Virus record (IMG/VR): IMGVR_UViG_3300037119_005846
Location: 32,031-96,030 of that record
Strand: one strand, 5' to 3'
DNA length: 64,000 nucleotides
Source of the DNA: a virus
Of the stretch, positions 24,472 to 33,997 are shown piece after piece. Below the pieces are notes generated by a model. The model was not told the DNA's origin. It saw nothing but the letters and a program-made list of their open reading frames with translations, and searched no databases. A program made the position numbers and the translations under genes. Position 1 is the stretch's first letter. Each line of letters starts with the position of its first letter.

Positions 24472-24810
24472 ATGACGTTGCGACTAGAGGACATGACGAC
24501 GGTCGACCACGAGACGTTGGTGGGCGCGCTGCGATGCGCCACGATCGGTCACGCGTGGTTCGACGTCGACTCGACGTGGAAGCCGAACATGGGTGTGCCA
24601 CTGACAGTCCGCTGCGAGCGCTGCGGCCGCGAGCGGCGTGACACACTGGACGTTCACGGTGAGGTGCTCAACCGGGACTACTGGCCGCGCAAGTCGTGGC
24701 TCCGCTACCCGAAGCATCAGCGACCATCTCGCGCTGAGTTTCGTCAGCTGCTGCTGAAGCAGCGGATGCTCGAGGCTCGTGAGGCTCGGAAGATGGCGGT
24801 GAGCGCATGA
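24472..24810 (+). CDS. Hypothetical zinc-binding protein
   Basis: C...GHAW...RCERCG.ER.D. Confidence 0.7.
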   Translation: MTLRLEDMTTVDHETLVGALRCATIGHAWFDVDSTWKPNMGVPLTVRCERCGRERRDTLDVHGEVLNRDYWPRKSWLRYPKHQRPSRAEFRQLLLKQRMLEAREARKMAVSA

Positions 24811-25142
24811 CTCGTGAGAAGGTGCCGTGCCCGGAGTGCGGCGTCGAGTACTACCGCGGTCCCGGCATCACGATGCATCGCAAGAGCGCGCACGGCGTTC
24901 AGCCGGCCGGCAACGCGGCCTTGCGGAAGCGTGATCGTGAGCGAAAGCGTCGCTCTCGCGCGAAGGCAAAGTCTTTGACGCCGACGACGGCGCAAGTCGA
25001 CGCTGGCTCGGAGTTGACGGCCGACGACATTCTCGTCTCATTCGTCTCCATGCGATGGCCGGAGCGAATGCCGACATCCGTGATGGCACCACTGCTTGAC
25101 TGGCGTGAGGCGACCAGTCGGATGCTCGAGCGAACTCAGTGA
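24807..25142 (+). CDS. C2H2 zinc-finger protein
   Basis: CPEC...MHRKSAH plus a basic tract. Confidence 0.7.
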   Translation: MTREKVPCPECGVEYYRGPGITMHRKSAHGVQPAGNAALRKRDRERKRRSRAKAKSLTPTTAQVDAGSELTADDILVSFVSMRWPERMPTSVMAPLLDWREATSRMLERTQ

Positions 25143-25630
25143 CCTACTCGTACTCGTCTCGTGTCGTCCTCGGGCAGTGTCCCGGCGAGGGTGGCCCGCT
25201 GCCGTTCTTCGGCGACGTGCCATCGGACTCCGCCGGGCGCATGGACAAGTTGATGGCGAACTGGCGCGATCATGCGCGGGGCGTGAACCTCTGGTGGAAC
25301 GCGCACGACTGGCAGTGGGGCAATCCGCATCACCTCGACGACATCGTCGCGGAGACTCAGTGTGAGCTGATCGTTGGCCTTGGCACGTTCGTCTGCACAG
25401 AGCTCGGCATGAACAAGCGCGGTGACATCTTCGAAGCTGAGGTCGTGCCATTGCTCACTCGCGAAGTTCTCGCAGTTCGCTTTCCACACCCGTCCGGGCG
25501 CAATCACTTCTGGAACATGGAGCGCAACCGTGAGTGGGCGGCACACGCGCTCCAGTACTCTCTGACAGCGCCGATCAGCGAGATCCGTGAACTGACGAAG
25601 CATGACAGGCGCTGGGTAGCAGCACGATGA
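25139..25630 (+). CDS. Uracil-DNA glycosylase superfamily protein
   Basis: VLGQCPG (motif A), IVGLG, FPHPSGRNHFWN (motif B). Confidence 0.65.
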   Translation: MTYSYSSRVVLGQCPGEGGPLPFFGDVPSDSAGRMDKLMANWRDHARGVNLWWNAHDWQWGNPHHLDDIVAETQCELIVGLGTFVCTELGMNKRGDIFEAEVVPLLTREVLAVRFPHPSGRNHFWNMERNREWAAHALQYSLTAPISEIRELTKHDRRWVAAR

Positions 25631-26547
25631 GTGAAGCCATAAGAGTCAGTCACAGCGACATCGCGTCGTTCCTTCGCTGCCGGCGCCAGTTCGCGTGGTC
25701 ATACATCGACGATTTCCGCGAGCCGGAGCGACTCTGGGGGCCGATGGCCACGGGCAGCCGCGTCCACAGCGCGATCGAGCAGGCGCGCAAGACGGCGACG
25801 CCGATTGTGGAGACCCACAAGGCACTGGCCGCTCGTGATGAAGAAGTCTTGATCGCGACTCGCGCTCCCGGCTGGGCCCTGGACGATTTCTACGAGAACG
25901 TGATCATGGGCCGCAACTGCTGCATCGCCTATGAGCGCTGGGTCGAGACCGAGGGACCGTACGATGGCTACGACGTCGAGTCAGAGGTGCTCCTCGAGGC
26001 ACCGATCCTGGACGGCCGCGCGATTCTCATCGGCAAGGCCGACCTGCTGCTGACTCGGCGCGACGACGGCTGGATCTTCACGGACGACATCAAGACGTCG
26101 TCGACGCACGTCCGGACGACGCTGCCGGTGATCCTCGAGAAGAGTTATCAGCATATCTGCTATCAGGGCCTCGCTCAGCGGATGAACCCGGAGGCGCACA
26201 TCGGCGAGGCGTGGTACACGATCCTGTTCAAGGCGAAGAATCCGGCGAGGATGACTCACCCGATGGTGGAACGGTTCCGGGTGCCCGGCCATATCAGCGC
26301 GCTGCCGAATCGCATGCGACAGGTCGAGACGATCGTCGCCGACATGCTGGCGCTGATGGAGCGCCGCGAGAGTGAGGGTGCACACGTCGCCTACCCGACT
26401 CCCGGAGACAGCTGCCGGTGGTGTCCCATGAGATTACCGTGTGGGTTGGTAGATGAAAATCCTTTGGGCGCTCGAGCACTGCTCGATGTTGAGTTCGTGC
26501 GCGGCGGCCGCCATGCACGGTACGACAATGAAGGAAACAGGAGATGA
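25627..26547 (+). CDS. Cas4/RecB-like PD-(D/E)XK exonuclease
   Basis: SHS.I..F..C, G..VH..IE, GKAD, D.KT, Q...Y, C.WC....PC. Confidence 0.85.
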   Translation: MSEAIRVSHSDIASFLRCRRQFAWSYIDDFREPERLWGPMATGSRVHSAIEQARKTATPIVETHKALAARDEEVLIATRAPGWALDDFYENVIMGRNCCIAYERWVETEGPYDGYDVESEVLLEAPILDGRAILIGKADLLLTRRDDGWIFTDDIKTSSTHVRTTLPVILEKSYQHICYQGLAQRMNPEAHIGEAWYTILFKAKNPARMTHPMVERFRVPGHISALPNRMRQVETIVADMLALMERRESEGAHVAYPTPGDSCRWCPMRLPCGLVDENPLGARALLDVEFVRGGRHARYDNEGNRR

Positions 26548-26548
26548 C

Positions 26549-26881
26549 ATGACGAACACTATGACTACTGACACGACCGTAGAGCTGATGTCGCCATCGC
26601 CGGACGTAGCGAAGATGCGTGATCAGCTCGACATAATCGGCATGCTCGCGCTGCTGCCGTATCCGTTCACGCCAGATCAGGCGATGAAGGTATTCCGCCT
26701 CATCGACCACATCGTGCTTGACTTGAGCGCTCCGCTGATCGACATCTGGCCGCGTGAGGAATCGAAGAATCGCTACATCGCGCTGAAGTTCAAGGGCTTC
26801 TCCAAGGCGATGTACGTGCACTCGAACACGCGCACCGATAGCTACGTCGACATGCCGGACGGTCGGCGAGTGACTCTTTGA
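26549..26881 (+). CDS. Hypothetical protein
   Basis: AGGAG RBS. Confidence 0.65.
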   Translation: MTNTMTTDTTVELMSPSPDVAKMRDQLDIIGMLALLPYPFTPDQAMKVFRLIDHIVLDLSAPLIDIWPREESKNRYIALKFKGFSKAMYVHSNTRTDSYVDMPDGRRVTL

Positions 26882-26906
26882 TCATGATCAACGACAGGAG
26901 AATGAC

Positions 26907-27257
26907 ATGACCACGAAGATGCCCAAGCTGATGGGCACGCAGGAGATGGTGGCGCGCATCCGCGTGCACTCGCTCGACGAGGCCGATGACTTCCTCGAGG
27001 CGTTCGCGCCAGGCGCTCGCAAGAAGGGAACGGTTCAGATCCTTCGAGCGACGCGCACGAAGGGCGTGGACTCGTATCTGCTGACGATCAAGTTCACGCA
27101 CACCGCCCAGAACATGACGCAGACGGTCGACGGCTACCCGTCGGGCAACGGCGACGGCGACTACAACACGCGTCGCTTTATCCAGGAGGCGTCTGACCGC
27201 AGCAAGATCGATCCGATGAAGGTCGAGATCGAGCTCGGGCGCTGGGTGCGTGCGTGA
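26907..27257 (+). CDS. Hypothetical protein
   Basis: AGGAG RBS, 116 aa. Confidence 0.7.
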   Translation: MTTKMPKLMGTQEMVARIRVHSLDEADDFLEAFAPGARKKGTVQILRATRTKGVDSYLLTIKFTHTAQNMTQTVDGYPSGNGDGDYNTRRFIQEASDRSKIDPMKVEIELGRWVRA

Positions 27258-27412
27258 GCGACCGCCCGTACGACTTCAGCGTGCCGATCGACGAGGCTCA
27301 CCGGATCTCGCTCGAGCTCACGGGTCTCATCAACGAGGCGTACGAGCAAGCACGCAGGCGGGCGGCTGCATGGCAGCCCGCGCCCTGTCCACCGCGCTGT
27401 ACTCGCAGCTGA
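27254..27412 (+). CDS. Small hypothetical protein
   Basis: GTGA overlap, 52 aa. Confidence 0.45.
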   Translation: MSDRPYDFSVPIDEAHRISLELTGLINEAYEQARRRAAAWQPAPCPPRCTRS

Positions 27413-27459
27413 GTACACGGTAGTGTAGACGATATCGACACAGACAGGAAGATGATGAA

Positions 27460-28263
27460 GTGAATCGGTCACTGACGATCCTCGTTCACGGGGCTAGTAA
27501 GAGTGGCAAGAGCTCGTTCAGTGTCACGTGTCCGACGCCGCGTCTGTATCTCGATGTCGAGTCGGCCGGCCGATTCCTCGCGATCAAGGCAGTTTCATGG
27601 GACCCTGCCCGTGAAGCACCGCCAGTAGAGGATGGCACGTGGGACACGGCCGTGGTCGCGACGCGTGACTGGGGTACGGTTGAGCGAGCGTATCAGTGGC
27701 TTGCCTCAGGTCAGCATCCGTTCAAGAGCGTCATCATCGACTCTGTCAGCGAGCTCCAGCAGCGCTTCATCGAGAGCAAGTCAGGCCGCAATCAGCCGAC
27801 GATGCAGGATTGGGGCGCGGTGTTCCGCGTGGTCTCCGGTCTCGTCCGCGACATTCGCGACTTGACGATGCATCAGACCAAGCCGCTCGAGTGCGTCGTC
27901 ATGACGGCGATGACTCGACAGCAGGAGGGGATGTGGCGCCCGTGGGTCAGTGGGCAGCTCCAGACCGTCTTGCCGTACCTGCTCGACGTAGTGGCGTACT
28001 TGTGGACCGAGCAGGCGGTCGACGAGACGACCGGAGAAGTGAAGGAGGTTCGTAAGATCCTGACGCGCCGGACGACACAGTTCGAGGCCGGCGAACGCGT
28101 CGACGGCAAGATCCCGATCGTGGTGGAGGTGACGGCACGCGCTCCTGGTGAGCCGGGCACAGACATCGACCGCCTGATCGACATGGTCTTTCCGCCGACG
28201 GCGACAACTGAGACTGAGACAACACCAATCACCACAACAACGGAGACTACAGATGACCATTGA
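27460..28263 (+). CDS. Sak4/AAA_24-like RecA-fold recombinase
   Basis: HGASKSGKS, LDVES, VIIDSVSELQ, QDWG. Confidence 0.85.
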   Translation: MNRSLTILVHGASKSGKSSFSVTCPTPRLYLDVESAGRFLAIKAVSWDPAREAPPVEDGTWDTAVVATRDWGTVERAYQWLASGQHPFKSVIIDSVSELQQRFIESKSGRNQPTMQDWGAVFRVVSGLVRDIRDLTMHQTKPLECVVMTAMTRQQEGMWRPWVSGQLQTVLPYLLDVVAYLWTEQAVDETTGEVKEVRKILTRRTTQFEAGERVDGKIPIVVEVTARAPGEPGTDIDRLIDMVFPPTATTETETTPITTTTETTDDH

Positions 28264-28801
28264 CTGGGGCGCGGAACTCGACCGCGTCGAACAGGCCACC
28301 AAGCCCATGGCTGAGGGGCCGCACACCTTCCGGATCGTCGACGCGAAGCCCGTGACAGCGAGCACCGGCAACAAGATGATCAAGCTCACGTGCAAGGTCG
28401 AGGGCGGCCCTGACGACGGCAAGCTCGGCTACAACAACATCGTGTTCACGTTCGACAACCCGCGGGCACTGAAGATGACACTGCGGCGCCTGCGTGCCCT
28501 CGGCATCGACGCTGACTTGCTGCGCGGCGAGAAGCCGTCGATCGAGCAGATCGCCGGCAAGCTGATGGGTCGCAGCGCGGAAGGCAACGTGACGCATCGC
28601 CAGTGGAACGGCGAGACGCAGGACGACATCGACTTCGGCGCGGCCGGCTCTGGCACGCCGGTCATCCCGGCGGCGCCCGTCGTCGGTGGCCCCGCTCCAG
28701 TTGTCGCTCCCGCGCCGACCAAGGAGGCGGCGGCCCCGCCGGCGCCGGTCATCCCGACCGAGCCGACGACGCCGGTCGCGCAGAGCGAGGAATCGTTCTG
28801 A
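28253..28801 (+). CDS. DUF669-like single-stranded DNA-binding protein
   Basis: PMAEG.H.F.I, STGNKMIKL, Pro-rich tail ending in F, next to Sak4. Confidence 0.75.
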   Translation: MTIDWGAELDRVEQATKPMAEGPHTFRIVDAKPVTASTGNKMIKLTCKVEGGPDDGKLGYNNIVFTFDNPRALKMTLRRLRALGIDADLLRGEKPSIEQIAGKLMGRSAEGNVTHRQWNGETQDDIDFGAAGSGTPVIPAAPVVGGPAPVVAPAPTKEAAAPPAPVIPTEPTTPVAQSEESF

Positions 28802-28802
28802 C

Positions 28803-29228
28803 ATGACCGATCGCCTCGACGAGATCTTCGCCCGGCAGCAGCAGCTCCAGCTGGAGTCGTTCCACATCGACGTCACCGCCCTCGAGGGCCTGCCTCGCGA
28901 GAGGTACGTCGTCCAGAACGCGTTCGCTGTCGTCGCGGAGCTCGTCGAGGCGCTCGACAACATCGACTGGAAGATGTGGACGACCGGCAGCCCGGCGCGG
29001 TTTAAGGACCGGGACAGCTTCGTCCGCGAGATGGTCGACGTCCTGCATTTCATGGTGAACCTCCTTCTGATCGCCGACTGCGATGCCACAGAGCTGTATA
29101 GTCGTTATCTCAGGAAGGCCGAAGTCAACGCGCAGCGTCAGCTGGACGGGTACGACGGCGTCAGCACAAAGAAGGATGGGCGAGCGATGGACGAGCCCGA
29201 GTGGCGTCGAGAGGAGGTGGAACCATGA
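28803..29228 (+). CDS. All-alpha dimeric dUTPase/dCTPase
   Basis: F.RQ..LQ, ELVEA....WK.W, EMVDVLHF, Y..K..VN..RQ..GY. Confidence 0.85.
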   Translation: MTDRLDEIFARQQQLQLESFHIDVTALEGLPRERYVVQNAFAVVAELVEALDNIDWKMWTTGSPARFKDRDSFVREMVDVLHFMVNLLLIADCDATELYSRYLRKAEVNAQRQLDGYDGVSTKKDGRAMDEPEWRREEVEP

Positions 29229-29464
29229 ACGTGCTTGACGAGCTGAGGCAGACGACGAAGGCGCTCGAGGACGCGGAGTTCGTCGTCTTCAGGCTCAAGC
29301 AGCAGCGCGACGCGCAGGTGTCTGCGGCTCGCGACGAGCGCATCGGCTACGCCGAGATCAAGGACGCGACCGGCATGTCGATCAGCTGGATCAACGCGTC
29401 GCTCGTGCGCACCGACGGCTATCGGCCGCGCGCCGGCCGGCCGCGGAGGCGCGAGGTCGCGTAG
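29225..29464 (+). CDS. Small HTH protein
   Basis: YAEIKDATGMSISWI, GGAGG RBS. Confidence 0.65.
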   Translation: MNVLDELRQTTKALEDAEFVVFRLKQQRDAQVSAARDERIGYAEIKDATGMSISWINASLVRTDGYRPRAGRPRRREVA

Positions 29465-29562
29465 GTAGCGGCGGCCACCTATGCCAGCGACCAGCCGGCG
29501 CCGTGATCACAGAGCCACGACGCCGCTGGTCGCTTCTGCGTTCTGCCCGCGTGCGGCCCGTG

Positions 29563-29614
29563 TGGCTTTTGCTTACATCGCGTTGTATAATGGTTCCAGA
29601 CACAGACCCAGACC
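29563..29614 (+). promoter_or_regulatory. Class I promoter followed by a CAGAC leader
   Basis: TGGCTT-17bp-TATAAT (29586), then CAGACACAGACCCAGACC. Confidence 0.8.
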
Positions 29615-29629
29615 AACTTCGAGGAGACC

Positions 29630-30619
29630 ATGTCCACCACAGTCAAGTTCGACCCGACGGCGCCTGACGCCGGACGGGCCATTCTGGCGGCGGCCTTGGA
29701 CCGGACCAGCGCGATGCGGGACCTCAGCCGCATCAAGTCGATGCCGTCCACGACGACCGCCTCAACCTCTACACCGGCCGAGCCCGCCAAGATGCGGACC
29801 GTGTTCGACGGCATCGAGGTCAGCTCCAGCTACGTCAGGCCGAACGGCTCGGAGTACAAGCCCCGCGCCATGACGGTCGACGGCGTCGTCGTCCACGACG
29901 TCACCTTCGTCCGGTCGGCCGCCAAGGTCAACAAGCCCGTACTGCTGTACGGCCCGCCAGGAACCGGCAAGACCTCGCTGATCGAGGCCGCCTTCCCCGA
30001 CGTCGTCACCGTCCAGGGCACCATCGAGACCGAGATGACCGACTTCGTCGGCAGCTGGGTCCAGGACAGTGACGGCACGTACCGCTGGATCGACGGCCCC
30101 TTGCTGGTCGCCGCCGATGAGGGCAAGAAACTGCTGATCGACGAGATCGCTCTTATCGACCCGCGGAGCCTGGCCGGCGTCTACGGCGTCATGGACGGTC
30201 GCGACGAAATCGTCGTGACTCAGAACCCGAAGCGTGGCGTTGTCAAGGTGCAGCCCGGGTTCATGGTGCTCGGAGCGTTCAACCCGAACGTCCCCGGCGC
30301 CGTGACATCGGACGCGCTGATGAGTCGCTTCCCGGTTCAGATCGAGGTCGGCACCGACTGGTCACTCGCCTCGGCGCTCAAAGTGCCGGCAAAGATCATC
30401 CAGGTCGTTCGCAACCTCAACCACAAGGCCGAGACCGGAGAGATCACCGCGGCCCCCCAGCTTCGCGAGCTGCTCGGCTTTCGCGACCTCACCGAGGTCT
30501 ACGGCGAGGAGTTCGCCCTCAGGAACTTCATCAGCCAGATCCGTCCGGAGAACCGGGCGGTCGCGCTGGCAGCTATCAAGGCGGTCATGGGCGCAGAGCC
30601 CACCGCACTCACCATCTGA
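29630..30619 (+). CDS. MoxR-family (CbbQ/NorQ/CobS-like) AAA+ ATPase
   Basis: LLYGPPGTGKT, WIDGPL, LLIDEI, AFNP, DALMSRF. Confidence 0.9.
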   Translation: MSTTVKFDPTAPDAGRAILAAALDRTSAMRDLSRIKSMPSTTTASTSTPAEPAKMRTVFDGIEVSSSYVRPNGSEYKPRAMTVDGVVVHDVTFVRSAAKVNKPVLLYGPPGTGKTSLIEAAFPDVVTVQGTIETEMTDFVGSWVQDSDGTYRWIDGPLLVAADEGKKLLIDEIALIDPRSLAGVYGVMDGRDEIVVTQNPKRGVVKVQPGFMVLGAFNPNVPGAVTSDALMSRFPVQIEVGTDWSLASALKVPAKIIQVVRNLNHKAETGEITAAPQLRELLGFRDLTEVYGEEFALRNFISQIRPENRAVALAAIKAVMGAEPTALTI

Positions 30620-30636
30620 CACAGACAGGACACATC

Positions 30637-31284
30637 ATGACCACCACAGCAGCGAGCTTCCTCGGCTCCAACCCCCACGTCGCGCCGTCACCCCATGGCG
30701 TGGACGCCTATGGCCTCTACATCGAGACCGTCGAGGTTAACAGCCTCAACCAGGTCCAGTGGTACAACCGGATCTTCCTGGCCGGCAACGCAATCAGCTT
30801 CTATCACCGAGCAGCTCACGCCTCTCGAACCACGTGGAAACTGTACCGCTACGCTGACACCGCCACCGCCGAGAAGGCGCTGACCAAGTTCACCACGGGC
30901 GGCCGCGGCACGATGCTCCTCCGCGGGGCGCCGATTCTCGTCCAGTTGGACGCGGTCGACGTCACCGCGATTGATGAGATGAAGATGCCGATCGCTCGGT
31001 ATCGCGGCAACAACCGCCACGAGAGCTTGTTCGGCAAGTTCAACCTAGACGACACGCCCCAGATCGCACCGCAAGCGCTCAACGCCAAGGGCTTCGACTC
31101 CGCGAATGCCGCGATCGTCGCGGCCGCAGCCTCGGCCGCAGCCGCCGCCAAGGTGGCGACCGACTTGACGTCAACCATGACCCCACCCTTGCCGACAGTT
31201 GGCGGGATGACGAGTGGCACGACGACGAGTGGCACGACGACTGCCACGATCATCACCACCAGCTCGGGCACCGAGCCGTACTGA
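30637..31284 (+). CDS. Hypothetical protein
   Basis: GACACAGACAGGA leader, 215 aa. Confidence 0.75.
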   Translation: MTTTAASFLGSNPHVAPSPHGVDAYGLYIETVEVNSLNQVQWYNRIFLAGNAISFYHRAAHASRTTWKLYRYADTATAEKALTKFTTGGRGTMLLRGAPILVQLDAVDVTAIDEMKMPIARYRGNNRHESLFGKFNLDDTPQIAPQALNAKGFDSANAAIVAAAASAAAAAKVATDLTSTMTPPLPTVGGMTSGTTTSGTTTATIITTSSGTEPY

Positions 31285-31326
31285 CCGACAGCGCCCGGTC
31301 CGGGAGTCAGACGGGTTCCCGGCCGG

Positions 31327-31355
31327 TGGCCATTGTGTTCACAATGGTGTATAAT
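31327..31355 (+). promoter_or_regulatory. Class I promoter, leaderless
   Basis: TGGCCA-17bp-TATAAT, ATG at +7 (31362). Confidence 0.85.
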
Positions 31356-31361
31356 GAGGAC

Positions 31362-33233
31362 ATGACAGACATGAAGACGACAAGGACGGTGAACCCGCAG
31401 CGTGACGCTCTGCAGGTCGCCCTGAACGCGGAGATCCGGTACTCCCCGCTGCGGGTGCCCAGCGCGGTCGTCCACATCGAGGACGACGAGTCGCAGCCGA
31501 ACCCGCCGGCGGTGGCGTGGTACGAGCCGAAGACCGGGGACATCCACATCCACATCGACCGCGCCAAGATCAACCCCACCGACGCCAACTCGCGCGGCCG
31601 CAAGGACTACGCCGTCACCCGCGGCCTACTGGTCCACGAGGCCTCGCACGCCAAGAACAGCGCCTGGCTGACCACCCTCTGGCACACCGGCATCAAGCCG
31701 TCGGTGATGCGGACTCTGACGATGTTCGAGGAGATGCGGGTCGAGGCACGGGCGGTCAACGCCGACCCGGACGAGTCCCGCATCAACCTCCGGGCGTCGC
31801 TGCCGCTGGCGATGGGTGACATCCGCGACAACCCGCCGGTGACCCGCTACGACGCGGCCAACAGCTGGGGCCTCATCTACGGCCGCTCGCTGACGACGGT
31901 CGTCAGCCACATCGAGCTCCAGTGGCTCGATGACGCGGCTCGCACCATCCTCGGCGACGACGACGTCGATCAGCTCGGCGACATCCTTCAGGAGGCGATC
32001 GGCGCGAGCCACCGCGACGCTGCCCGACTCATCCAGCTCGCCGAGGAGTGGATCGACTTGGTCGGCGCTCCGCCGGAGGGCGAGGGTGGCGGCGGCTGCG
32101 GTCATGGCGAGCCGACCGAGACCGAGCCGGAGGGCGAGAAGATCGAGAAGGGTGAGCCCTCCAAGGATGCCGCGAAGGGTGAAGAGGACGAGGACGACGG
32201 TGACGCCAAGGCGACAGCCGACGGCGCGGCCGCCGAGGACGAGTCCGACGGCAAGCCATCGCGTGGCAAGTTCAACAGCGAGGACGATGATGAGGACGAA
32301 GAGTCCGCGGAATCCGAGAGCGCGCCGATCAGCAAGGACGCCGGCGAGCTGATCAAGGAGATGCTCGACCAGCTCCTCGATGACGTCGAGATCAACTGGT
32401 CGAAGGTCAGGGTCGACATGGCCGACCCGATGGACATGGCCAAGCGCGTGTTCGGCATCCACCGCAGCGACAAGGACATCACGAAGTCGGCACCGACCGC
32501 GGTCCACCACGCCGCAGTTGCCAAGACGGCGAAGGCGCTGGAGGAGCTGGTCGTCCCCGCGATCAGCAAGGTCAGCGTCGCCGCTGAGCTTCCGCCGGGA
32601 CGGCTGCGGACCCGCGAGGCGGTCCGTGCTTCTGCTGAGCGTGCGCAGGGTCGGATGGTGACGGCTCGTCCCTGGGAGGCGACGAAGCGCCGCCACACGA
32701 CCTCACGCCCGATCGTGGTCGGCATCGCCACCGACGTCAGCGGCTCGATGGGATGGGCCGAGCAGATGGTCGCGGACTTCGCCTACACCTGGACCAACGC
32801 CGGTCGCCGGATCGGAGCCCGGACCGCGGCAGTCACGTTCGGTGATACCGCTCAGGCGATCGCCGGTCCCGGTGAGGTCCTGTCCGAGGTCCCGCGCCGC
32901 AGCGCCAACGGTGGCAAGGAGCGGGCCGACCACGCGCTGGCCGCCTTGGACGGGGTGCTCAAGCTGAGCCACAATAACGGCGCCGCCAAGTTGCTCGTCA
33001 TCGTCAGTGATGGTGTCCTCGTGATCTCCAACGAGATGGACCGAGTCCGCCAGCGGCTAGCCGACTTCAAGCTCGGTGGGACGACCGTCATCTGGGTGAC
33101 GCCGGAGCGGTCGTACGTCAAGGGTCTCGTCAAGCTCGGCCTCGTCGAGATCGTTGAGGTCTCGATGGGACGCGGCTCCTTCGACCAGGTCCAGGAGGAG
33201 GTGCTGAAGAAGATCAGCCAGCTCAGCCACTGA
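31362..33233 (+). CDS. CobT-like metallopeptidase-vWA protein (MoxR partner)
   Basis: HEASH..., EEMRVE, acidic linker, MIDAS motif DVSGSM, VIVSDG. Confidence 0.85.
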   Translation: MTDMKTTRTVNPQRDALQVALNAEIRYSPLRVPSAVVHIEDDESQPNPPAVAWYEPKTGDIHIHIDRAKINPTDANSRGRKDYAVTRGLLVHEASHAKNSAWLTTLWHTGIKPSVMRTLTMFEEMRVEARAVNADPDESRINLRASLPLAMGDIRDNPPVTRYDAANSWGLIYGRSLTTVVSHIELQWLDDAARTILGDDDVDQLGDILQEAIGASHRDAARLIQLAEEWIDLVGAPPEGEGGGGCGHGEPTETEPEGEKIEKGEPSKDAAKGEEDEDDGDAKATADGAAAEDESDGKPSRGKFNSEDDDEDEESAESESAPISKDAGELIKEMLDQLLDDVEINWSKVRVDMADPMDMAKRVFGIHRSDKDITKSAPTAVHHAAVAKTAKALEELVVPAISKVSVAAELPPGRLRTREAVRASAERAQGRMVTARPWEATKRRHTTSRPIVVGIATDVSGSMGWAEQMVADFAYTWTNAGRRIGARTAAVTFGDTAQAIAGPGEVLSEVPRRSANGGKERADHALAALDGVLKLSHNNGAAKLLVIVSDGVLVISNEMDRVRQRLADFKLGGTTVIWVTPERSYVKGLVKLGLVEIVEVSMGRGSFDQVQEEVLKKISQLSH

Positions 33234-33284
33234 GCAACCACACAGACCAAGACCCCCTCAGACACAGACAACAAGGAGGATCCC

Positions 33285-33611
33285 ATGTGGATCATCAGCA
33301 AGACCGGCTTTGTGTCGGTCGTCCAGCATCAGCAAGACCCCAGCCTCATGCGAGCGAGGGCTCGCCGACGCGACCATCTCGTCAATACGTTCGGCCTCGG
33401 CGACGAGGAGGTAATCGACCTCGGCCCCGGCGCCAACGACTACCGCTGGCATGCTGACGTCACTCGCGAGCACGTCAAGCTCGCGCTGGCCTCAGCCGTC
33501 AACGACGTCGACTACGACAGCCACGTCAAAGAGGCGGTCACCGGCGGTGACGAGGTGTTCTACACCGCGATGATCAAGAGCTGGGGCGCTCTGCGGAAGC
33601 TGCAGTCATGA
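33285..33611 (+). CDS. Phage hypothetical protein
   Basis: MW...GF.SVV...RAR...DYRW, AAGGAGG RBS. Confidence 0.75.
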   Translation: MWIISKTGFVSVVQHQQDPSLMRARARRRDHLVNTFGLGDEEVIDLGPGANDYRWHADVTREHVKLALASAVNDVDYDSHVKEAVTGGDEVFYTAMIKSWGALRKLQS

Positions 33612-33772
33612 TCGGCGAGGTCGATCACAGCGGCGCCGTTCCACTGCTGGAGTTCTTGGTCGTCGTCGCGTCTGGCCTCCTGATCCTCGACGTCGTGGCG
33701 GAGGTATACCGCTGGAACATCCGTCGGCGTGAAGAGCGTGACCAGGAGAGGCCATGGCGTGGCATCGAGTGA
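33608..33772 (+). CDS. Small membrane protein
   Basis: ATGA overlap, one TM helix. Confidence 0.5.
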   Translation: MIGEVDHSGAVPLLEFLVVVASGLLILDVVAEVYRWNIRRREERDQERPWRGIE

Positions 33773-33990
33773 CTGGTCTGACAGCCGAGGACATGGTCAA
33801 GGCCGCGTCCAAGCGACGCTTCGTCGTCCTCGCTGACGGCCGCCCGGTGGAGCTCGTTCGCTGGCCGGCCACCGGCACGGGCCGCGCCCGCGTCCAGACA
33901 CCGCGGGGCAAGCCGTTCAGCGTCGCCGTCGCAGCGGTAGTCGAGATCGATCTCCCGCCAGGTGGCAATGTCATACAACACGATGTATAA
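33754..33990 (+). CDS. Hypothetical protein
   Basis: 78 aa, start uncertain. Confidence 0.5.
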   Translation: MAWHRVTGLTAEDMVKAASKRRFVVLADGRPVELVRWPATGTGRARVQTPRGKPFSVAVAAVVEIDLPPGGNVIQHDV

Positions 33991-33991
33991 T
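33963..33991 (+). promoter_or_regulatory. Class I promoter, leaderless
   Basis: TGGCAA-17bp-TATAAT, ATG at +7 (33998). Confidence 0.85.
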
Positions 33992-33997
33992 GACGCC

